The translations under genes were made by a program, and so were the position numbers. From Octopus sinensis (lineage: Eukaryota): DNA of 64,000 nucleotides. Shown in pieces: positions 54,325 through 64,000 of this stretch. Location: the NCBI RefSeq assembly GCF_006345805.1, contig NC_042998.1, positions 114,266,001 through 114,330,000 of the forward strand. Direction: 5' to 3'. Within the stretch, counting starts at the first letter, position 1, and each line of letters opens with the position of its first letter. The notes under the pieces were generated by a model. The model was given only the letters and a program-made list of their open reading frames with translations, did not search any database and had not been told where the DNA came from.

Positions 54325-54470
54325 TTTCTCTCTGTTTATTTCTGTGTTCCTTTCTGTTGAAGAGTGTAGGCTCGAAACGTAAAAGACTTTCACACTTTCC
54401 GAGCATTGTTGTTTACACACCCGTCTTCGTCTTTGTCTTTTACTTTTTTTTTTTTTGTAAATTCCAACTA
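54325..54470 (+). mobile_element. Short repeat family 1 copy with hammerhead-like motif at 54349-54387, inverted relative to the adjacent Penelope ORF
   Basis: cttt-CTGTTGA-A-gagt(gtag)gctc-GAA-ACGT-A-aaagac. The helix II change gives a U-G wobble. Confidence 0.8.
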
Positions 54471-56189
54471 TATATACACACACACACACGCATATATATG
54501 CCAAATTTCAGGGAGGCAGAGAAAACAGTTTAGTTTATCATCCTCCTAGTCCGGCCAATATATATTGAATCTGGGAAGCTTAAACTTTGATATTTGCTCA
54601 ATATATTGAGCCCTTCCGTGTTATTTCATGGAATACACTATTTTATTATTTAATATATATATGTGTGTTTATAGCTGCATATTATATGCATATGTGTGTG
54701 TGTGTGTGCGTGTGAGTGCGCACACTCATATTTCTACGTCAGTCTCCTACTACCCTATATCTATCGTCAATAATCTCTGCAATTTTCAAATATTTTTCAA
54801 TAAAACCCCTCCCTCTTCCTCTCTCGATATCGTTTTCTCCCACGCATTCTCTCTCTGTCTCTGTCTGTCTGTCTCTCTCTCTCTGTCCCTCTCTATTTCT
54901 CTTAATCTCTTACTATACCCCCACCCGTGTCTCACTACTACTATATTAATCGATAATCAATGTCACACAAAATCTCAAATCTCTCTTTCTTGCTTTTTTT
55001 TTTATTTCTCTTCGCTGTGTTACTTTCTCCTCCCACTACTGTCTTCTTAATTAAAAACATCTTACTTTCAAGTCCTTTCTATTCCCTTAATGAACATGTC
55101 TCATAGCTGACCTTTCACATAATGAACATATGAACATGTCTCACAGATGACCTCTGCACCTAATCTAACAGTAGCAATCGTCACGGCACCTCAAACGATA
55201 TTTTAACCCTGCAATATTAATGTCAACACTTCAAAACTACAAAATGCTATTATCTAGTCAATCTCTCACCCCACTCTCTCTCGTTTCCTTTCATTCTCTG
55301 TCTTTGAGAATTGTGAAATAAAATGTAACGTAAAAAGATTAATTTCGAAACAGAATAGAATCAAAGCAAAATATAATTCACAAGATGTCAACAAAAATAT
55401 TGTAAGTTGCAAATACAACATTGCAGGAATAAACATAAATCAAAAAGATGATTTCAAAACCTAGTATTCAACAATGTAACAATATTCATATGAAGTAACA
55501 ATAAAATAAAGCTGAATAATACAGAAATGAACAGAAACGAAGCTGGCATAAAAAAGTAAAATAAGATCCAAATACGCAATCTTCAACGATACAGCAGGGG
55601 TAATAGCGATTAGCTGATACATATTTCAATGCCTCTAAACCTCAGTTATTTAGTCCACTCGCTGCATGATTGTGCACTGACCTGCAGGTCGCCGCTAGTG
55701 TTCTCCGTGATCTATGTTCTTCCCTAGTGTCAGTTGGCGGCTTTAACGGCCTCATGATTGAATTAAAGCTTTATCATTCGTGTTCTTTTCCGTCTCGCCC
55801 TGCTTCTCAGGAGTAGCCATGCCAATGTTGTTTTGCGAATATCTTATCGTCGGTTTATCTTCACCGTGTCACGGAGTTTTTGAGAAAATACTCCTTTTAA
55901 GATTCCACCAACCTCCGCGTTTCTGATACGATCATAGTAATAGTGATGGTCATTCTTGTGATTTTCTTCATGCATCTTCGACGTTTTGGTGGAAATTGTA
56001 GATTTTTTCTACGTGAAATGAAATGTCGCCTGATCTCTAGATTATCCAATGAATCCCTCTTTACTAAACTACCATTTTTTATGGAAACTAGGTTGTAATT
56101 TTTAACAGATAATGTAACGAGGTAGAGGTCTCCCTCATATAATTATGTTTGTTTGCTTCCTTTTTTTGTTTTGTATTTGTTTTCTTTTA

Positions 56190-56320
56190 TTGGCAGAGAC
56201 GTTAGCTCGTCGTATTAGATATTTTGCAATATCATTCCTGATACGTTGTGCTCTGAGATCAAATCCTGCCGATGTTTGTTTTACCCTTCGTCCTTTTGTG
56301 ATCAATAAAAATGTGCTCAT
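56190..56320 (+). mobile_element. Old SINE family A copy
   Basis: tggcagagacgttagc...ctctgagatcaaatcctgccgatg...tttgtgatcaataaaa. Confidence 0.65.
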
Positions 56321-58148
56321 CCAGAGCAGCTAATTCACGGAATTCAAAGAATTCTTGTCGGAAAATCAGATGAACTCTACTAAAGGCACCCAAGGGCAAG
56401 CTGTTGAATACTGAATTGGATGATGAATAGACATACATAAATACAATCGGTCAATTCAGGCAGTCTTCTTCTTAGTTTACATCAATACAAGTTCGCGAAT
56501 TGATACAGGTTGATACCAGCTGAAATTGCCGTGTAGTTACACCAAACTCTGAAATGTATGATTACAAAGTAACCTATATTACGAGGCCATTGCTTGTACG
56601 TATAGAGTACATGAATAAATAGTGTTTAAGAACATATATTTAGACTTTTCAAAAACAAATGTAATATTCTCTTGAGAGAACATATGGTCCTGAAATTCGA
56701 CCTTAATTTGATAACCAAACAAAGATTTAGCCAAATCTATTCAAAGCTGTAAACATATAAAAGAACTATAAATTGAATCTCAGAGCTAGAGATAAGTATA
56801 AAGAACTTGCCAGCAGTATCAAAAGAATTCTATAGGTTGTCTTATTTATATACTATTTGTTCTTAATACTGACATTGTTTAGTTAACGACAACATCTAAT
56901 AGAAAAAGCTCTATAAACAAAGACATTCCAGTCGTGAACGTTCCATATTTTTTAAAGCATAGTGTTTCGTCGGTTATATTCTCTAGTATATCCTCTTCCT
57001 CGCCTTTAGACAACGTTAGTGTGTGATTTGAGATTTAGCGGATTCGGTTTTTAGTAGATCAAATGACAACCTAGCTCTTTTCGTTGACTAGTGACGGGAA
57101 CAAGGTAGGGGTACGTCATTAACTTTAATGATCAATTAACTCTAATTCGTTTCGACTATAATTTAGGTGTTGGGGGATATTTCGAAACGGGTTACCAGAA
57201 ATATTTATATCTGAAGAAGAAAGCGTATTCCAAATATTTTGTGCTGAAACGAAAGCGAAAGCATCAGAAATAGGTTTTAGAAATAGTGCATTGCAGCTTA
57301 CATTTAATGTGCATATTTGAAGCTGTAGTGTGGGGGTTGTGGGATATTTGGTTGCTAATTCGGGAAAGCCAAATTTTGACAAAGATATTTGATAGAGATT
57401 TTGCTGCTTGATTTTCTTGAAATAGAAACCAAATCTCCCACAAATATCTTTTTCAACGGTATTGAGAGAGTATCTTTGGTTGCTGGCCCAGCTTGTCTCT
57501 AGTCTCTGGCTACAGAGAATGAGAGAGAGAGAGAGAGAGAGTGACAGTCAGAGTGTGAGTGAGAGAGAGGTGGGAAAATAAAAACTCTTATAATCCCAAT
57601 CTAAAGTTAGCATCTATGCAGTCATTTGACCTGACTTGCTAGAAGTAGAAGTCAATCGATCTGAACTCACATTGTTCTTCAAGAACAATACGATGTACAA
57701 TGCAGTTGCTGCTATAGATGCAAAGAGATTGTACAGTCAAGGCTGGGAAACCTCTGGTCATATATTTGCTCGTTGAGAGTTCGTTTGTGACTGAACAACA
57801 ATATGATTGTCATTGACGTTTAAAAAATGAAAGGGAACTGCAGCCAACTATGAAGCCTCTATGTGCTGATTCTAATTGCTAGAAATTGCAGCGAAATTTT
57901 TATCAGTCGAGAGTCGACTCACTTTTCAATGTAGTACAGCTCGATTACCTTTCGTTACAGATTTCTTTAGTCAAGCTGACTTGCGGTTAAGCAAAAATAG
58001 CAAAAGCAGCGGCGGCGGGGGTGGTGGGGCGGCAGTGGTGTCGGCAGCGACGGCAGCGACAGCGGTGATGACTCTGGTGGCTGCGACTGCAGATGCAGCA
58101 ACTGCATGGAAATATTTCCTCCCAAGTCCCAACTCCACACCAGTTCTA

Positions 58149-59421
58149 TCAGATCATCCTATAAGTTCTGTCTGATTTTACCTTTTAATAGTATTTTAGA
58201 ATGTCTAATGAAATTAAAAATTATTTTTATGCCTTTGTGTACAATTAAACTAATTAAATATTATTTTACAGAATAATAGAATTAAAATTTCTTTGATTAA
58301 AACCCTTTCCAACATGGAAGTATCCAAAGAGCCTTTAATGCACATACTCCTTTATGAGTACAAAAAAGGAAACTCTGCAGCCGAAGCGACTCGAAACATA
58401 CACTCAGTTTATAGAAAAGAATGCTTGAATTAAAAAAACTTGCAGAAGATGGTTTGCAAAATTCAGAAGTGGAGATTTCAGCCTTGAAGATGAAGAACGA
58501 ACAGGACGCCCAGTTGAGTTTGATGATAAACTCCTTGAGGCATTACTTGAAGAAAATCCTGCACTACCAGTTGAAGAATTGGCAATAAAGCTTAGTTCAA
58601 ACCATACACCTGTTCATCGTCATCTTCAACAACTTGGAAAGGTTCCTAAACTTGGAAAATGGGTGCCACATGAATTGTCCGAAAGCAACCAGAAATCCCG
58701 AGTTGATATCTGCTCTTCTCTCCATTCTCGCGAACTCATTTCACCCTTTTTGAATAGACTTGTGAATGGTGACGAAAAATGGATCTTCTATCGAAATGTT
58801 AAACGTCGTAAACAGTGGCTTAGTAAAAGAGAAAAAGCTCAACCACAACCGAGAAAGGAACTTCATGGAAAAAAGGTTCTTCTCTCTAACTGGTGGGATT
58901 GCAAAGGAGTAATTCATTTTGAATTGTTACTACCTAATGCAACAATCAATGCTCAAGTCTACTGTCAGCAATCAGAATGTTTGAACCAAGCTTTGAAGAA
59001 AAAACAGACCCGCATTATTGAATCGAAAAAGAGTGATGTTTCATTAGGATAATGCGCGACCCCACGCTGCAAAGATCACATCACAGAAGATCGAAGAGCT
59101 TGGTTGGGAAAAAATTCCTTATCCACCTTATTCTCCTGACCCTGCTCCTTCAGACTACCATTTGTTTTCGTAGTTTACAGAATCATTTGTGGGGACATAA
59201 CTTTCGCAAGCCAGGAGGAGGTCAAAACTGACATTTCAGAGTTCTTCGCTTTGAAACCAAAAGAGTTTTACATTGATGGGATTAAAGAGCTTGTAAATAG
59301 ATGGAAGGAAGTCATAGATAATCAGGGAAAGTACATTAATGATTAAATTTCAATTACATATAACATTTGATCACTTATTTTCTTTATTCAAAATTCGGAC
59401 AGAACTTATGGGATGACCTGA
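58149..59421 (+). mobile_element. Full-length (1273 bp) decayed mariner (D,D34D); transposase pseudogene 58314-59346
   Basis: TA TSD at 58147-58148 and 59422-59423. 27-bp TIRs tcagatcatcctataagttctgtctga / tcggacagaacttatgggatgacctga (3 mismatches). WVPHEL, GDEKW, DNARPH, YSPDPAPSDYHLF. Has stops and frameshifts. Confidence 0.97.
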
Positions 59422-60052
59422 TACATAGAGTCAAGTTAAAATACATATGTTATCACTTCATCCCAAAGAGGCCACAAGGCCCAGTATTGTTCCCTCTATC
59501 CAAACAAAAAGGGAGCCGACACATATCATCACAAAAGATACTTTAACAAAGGAACCCATGAATGGCTATTTGATCTGCTACAAATAGTGGTTAAAACTCT
59601 CCCTGCATCATACAATATCGTCTTAAAAGAAAGCCTTGTTAATTAATGATTTTTTTGACTAATCGAAGAAGCAAGTGCAGCGCACGTTAGCATTTTAGAA
59701 TCTTAGTTACTAGTGGGAAGAAGGAGAGAAAGAAAGTACATGTAACAGTATCCATCAATATACCGAGCTACATATGTAGTGTTAACGACTCCGATAATAA
59801 AAGAAAACTGGAGGAAAGGGAAAAAAAAGCATGAGCCAAAAGTTGTCTTCAGTTTAAGGACCTGGTCTGAGTCCTTACAATGGGGTGAATTCCACTAAAG
59901 CAACTCAACAGAAAGGTGATAATATTCGACTTGCAAATAGATAAAATTTGCTGTTTTGCTACTGAATTAAACTGTTTTGCAAGAAATGCATTTACGAATC
60001 AAAGTATTCACGGTTGCTAAATACTTCAATAAAACAATAGAATCTGTTGTAA

Positions 60053-60268
60053 TGTTGGTTTCAGATTTTGGCACAAGGCCAGCAGTTTGGATGAAGAGGC
60101 CATGTCTATTACATCAACCCCAGTACTCAACTGGTTCTTATTTTATTAACTGCGTAAGGATGAAAGACAAAGTCGACCTCAGCGGAATTCAAACTTAGAA
60201 CATAAATATGATATGCCGCTAAGCATTTTGATCGGTGTGTTAACAACTCTGCCAGCTCGCTGCCTTAC
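60053..60268 (-). mobile_element. Full-length SINE family A variant
   Basis: aggatgaaagacaaagtcgacctcagcggaattcaaac...ctgccagctcgctgccttac. Confidence 0.88.
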
Positions 60269-60669
60269 AGAATCTATTGTCATATAACTTGACTTATATA
60301 GCGATAACAATCATTACAGAAAATAACATTTGCTGCATTCTCAAAATGAAATATCTCTGAATTATTAGGAAACCCTTCGTTGCACCTTTGTTTGAAGCGT
60401 CAGTTGTTATAGAAAAGAGCAAACCATATTCTTAAAAAAAAAAAATGAAATCTCCGCAAAGTTTTGCTTTAGTTCCCTACATGTTACATTTTTATCATCA
60501 GTGAATCACTACATATTTCTTTATCAACTTTTACTTTAAAATCACCATCTTTGCTTCACAGTATAATTCACATTAAAGACTTTTGCAGCCATGATTTTAT
60601 TATGCTATGCCAATTGAAATCTGGGGGAAAAAGATAACAATGACAACCTAGTAACAATACTTAACGTTT

Positions 60670-60840
60670 CTCGTAGCGTGATAACTGTACTTTTTCCCTT
60701 ACTGCCAATTTTCACATCACTACTGCATAGTGGACAAAAAGCATGAAAGTTATCCTTTTTTTTTTTTTTTGCTTTTAGCAATATATCCAAATTGTTTAAC
60801 CCTTTCATAGTTAAATGCAAATCTTTCTTTTGAGAATTTC
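60670..60840 (-). mobile_element. Probable hAT-type transposase N-terminal zinc-finger (BED-like) remnant
   Basis: Across a poly-A frameshift: RFAFNYERVKQFGYIAKSKK..DNFHAFCPLCSSDVKIGSKGKSTVI. This resembles the AFCxxC..I..G..H...H motif of hAT N-termini. Confidence 0.5.
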
Positions 60841-61170
60841 TTTAGAGGCTTGAAAAGGAACAAAACTACTGACCTGGACCGACTTCCCTTTGATATGAAT
60901 CGACTTGACAACTTAGCAGCCACTATGGAAACACAGTCGGTTTCCCTTTAAAAATGTTAAACAACAACAACAACAACAACAAAAGGAAGATTTAATATGT
61001 TATTACATTATTTATAAGACTGAAGAAAATTAAAGCATGTTCAGATATAACAACGATAATAAATTACTTATCAGTTTTCCATTCATTTCCGTCTTAAAGA
61101 TGTTGAACTCGTAATATGATCATAATTTAGTAGTAGTTAAGTAACAAATGGTTTCGATCAATAGTTCAAC

Positions 61171-61334
61171 TAGGCGCATGAGTGGCTGTGTGATATTTTT
61201 TTTGCTTACCAACCACATAGTTCCGGTTTCAGTCCGACTGCGTGACACCTTGGTCAAGTGTCTTCCACTATAGCCTCGGGCCGAACAAAGCCTTGTGAGT
61301 GTATTTGGTAGACGGAAACTGAAAGAAGTCCGTC

Positions 61335-61365
<31 letters not shown>

Positions 61366-61447
61366 ATATACATGTATATGTATGTATATATGTGTTTCTG
61401 TGTTTGTCCCCCCAACATCGCTTGACAACCGATGCGGTTAGGCAAAA
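61171..61447 (+). mobile_element. tRNA-derived SINE, family B, with internal (TA)n
   Basis: gtggctgtgtg..caaccacatagttccggtttcagtcc..gacaccttggtcaagtgtcttccactatagcctcgggccga..ggtagacggaaactgaaagaag..cgcttgacaaccgatg. Confidence 0.9.
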
Positions 61448-62739
61448 GAATAAAAGAATATAGAATATATCAGATTTCTATTCACCGTAGATCCATTTTT
61501 GTTTTACTAGTTAATTTGGATTGGAAAGGTGCTTATGAAATTGGACTGTTGTTTAGAAAAAAAGCAGGCAACGTTCGTGCTTTTAGCAAAAGGTAAATGA
61601 TTAGCTTAATGTATCCCTTGGCTTGAGATAACCAACTGTTGTGTGTTGCTCTCTTCATGCTTGTGACAGTGGAGAAGCTGATTGACTTGTTCTGTGGACG
61701 CAAAAGCAAAAGAAATCTTTGATTCTAGAAAAACTACATTTGTGCACTTTTGAGGAAGACCAAGAAGTATCTGCTAAGAGAACGGGAAAACATTTAATCT
61801 GGTGTTCTTCAGCTAAAACGGCCGCCAAGTTACTACTATGCTAGTAGTCCTTATTTCATTGTAATTATCATTATATATAAAGACAACAAAATTTAGCAGA
61901 TCTCAAAAACGAGCATGAATTAGCGACCGGCTTTAATTGCTGCCGGACGGAGAAATAGTGCTCAAAAGTTGGACTGTTCATCCTAAAGCCAGACGTCTTG
62001 CCAACCTTGTTTTAATCGGGGCTTTAAGATCAGAAGCATTTCAGAAAATCTGTATCATGTACTTAGGACTACATAAGCGAAAATACCTTTCCTTTTACAA
62101 AGTCTGCAGGCTGTTTCGTTGACGCATTCATGCATTTGCCTATACAAGTATTGATTCATAATTACACACTGAATTATATTATCTTATTTTTTGAAATAAT
62201 GCAAAAAGCAGGATTAAGTTGTGATTCGAAACTGTGAAAAAAGAAAAAAACATCATTAACCTGTTTTGTTTAAAATTCTACTTTCTAATTTCTCCCTTAT
62301 TTCGAATCAACATGGTAGAAAAGGTTAAGATGACCCATGCCAAATTTGAACCCACAAAGCGTCTATTCCAAGATGGTTATCATCCAGAAGAAACAATTAT
62401 GTGATTCTTATCTCTGCCTCAAATCGATTACTTCTATATAGTGTGTACCAGACAGTTATACTTCATGTTAAACTCTTCCTAATTGGATTTAAAAACAGCT
62501 CCTGATTTTGGAACCTTCATTGTTCTTTTAGCCATAAGAACAATAATTGAAGTGCATACTACTTCAATTACAAATTCTTGGGCCTAATTTACCAAACGCT
62601 TCGCCTGTTTTTATCCATTTATTTATTTCTCTATTTGTCCGGCATTAAATAGCAATTCTAAATATATTTACGACACTATTTCCCAAATGGCGTTCCCCTC
62701 ATGAATAAATGATTTCAGTGTTCACTACAACAGCAAGAA

Positions 62740-63330
<591 letters not shown>

Positions 63331-64000
63331 TGTATTATTTACTTTCATGAGATGCAAATAGGTACAAATCGAGGCAACAGAGAATTTAAGAGGCATTATA
63401 ACAAATTACATAAATTTAATATCAATAACCAAAAAAGTGGTAGGGGAAAAATTTCCCAAAAAAATAAAGAGCTAAACAAAATTACAAAAGAAAGAAAGTA
63501 AAGCTAGCAAATAACAAAGATAATAACATAACCAAAGGAAAAAAAGAAACAAAAATAAAAAAAACAACAATATGGCAGAAATGTGCGTCTACGCGGAGAG
63601 TTGCTTTGTCTTTTTTTTTTTTTGTTATTGTCTTGGCTCACTTCTGCTGAATTAAGAGCTCAATGGAAGCGTTCTGGCGAATTAGCGTCTACGGTATTTG
63701 AAAATAGCATTATTTTGTCTGTAAAATTATATCACTTTCGGCTGAGTTGTGTTGGTTTGGTTGAATTTCTTCTTGTCTCTTTCCAGTGTATATATTTGGG
63801 GATTTCACAGCAACCATTTTCAATTCGTTATCGTTTGTTTCTAGCTTACTTTGGTTGATTTAGTTTGGTTGACCAATAAACATTTAAATTGGTGTTTATT
63901 GGTCTCCGTCAGTTACGTATGTCTCTGTTTATCTCTTCTCACTCTGCCACTACCTTTTCCTCTGTCCCTCTTCTTATCCTTCCTCCTTATTCCTCTCTCT

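Noticed and set aside
55092-55160. About 30-bp imperfect direct repeat (atgaacatgtctca..gacct)
   Set aside because: Two copies only; ordinary local slippage.
57996-58110. GC-rich Gly/Ala-coding stretch in ORF 57876-58175
   Set aside because: Low-complexity GCN/GGN repeat; the ORF runs into the mariner TIR; no splice support.

Overview
AT-rich, microsatellite-saturated eukaryotic DNA. The SINE families and repeat landscape look like an octopus (coleoid cephalopod) genome; this is recognition from memory, not a database check. I cannot confidently call any host protein-coding gene. Almost every ORF in the supplied track is a translation of (TA)n/(CA)n/(AAT)n/(GAT)n repeats, and the protein-like ones are transposon relics. 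Relics supported by sequence: an L1/Tx1-clade LINE with its 5' half precisely inverted and its RT core deleted (18793-21075); an RTE 3' end; an R4/Dong-like RLE C-terminus; a Penelope RT-thumb/GIY-YIG fragment; two decayed full-length D,D34D mariners with TIRs and TA TSDs; a deleted rosa/DD41D-like Tc1-mariner; a Buster-type hAT fragment; MITEs; and many tRNA-derived SINEs. The most interesting signal is a set of minimal type-I hammerhead-ribozyme-like motifs in three short Penelope-LTR-like repeat families. One family has a consistent non-canonical core (CUGUYGA). Other notable structures are a local inverted duplication, a perfect 23-bp inverted repeat, a minisatellite built of CSL/Su(H) sites, a palindrome-rich element inside a CAG tract, and one orphan exon-like ORF.
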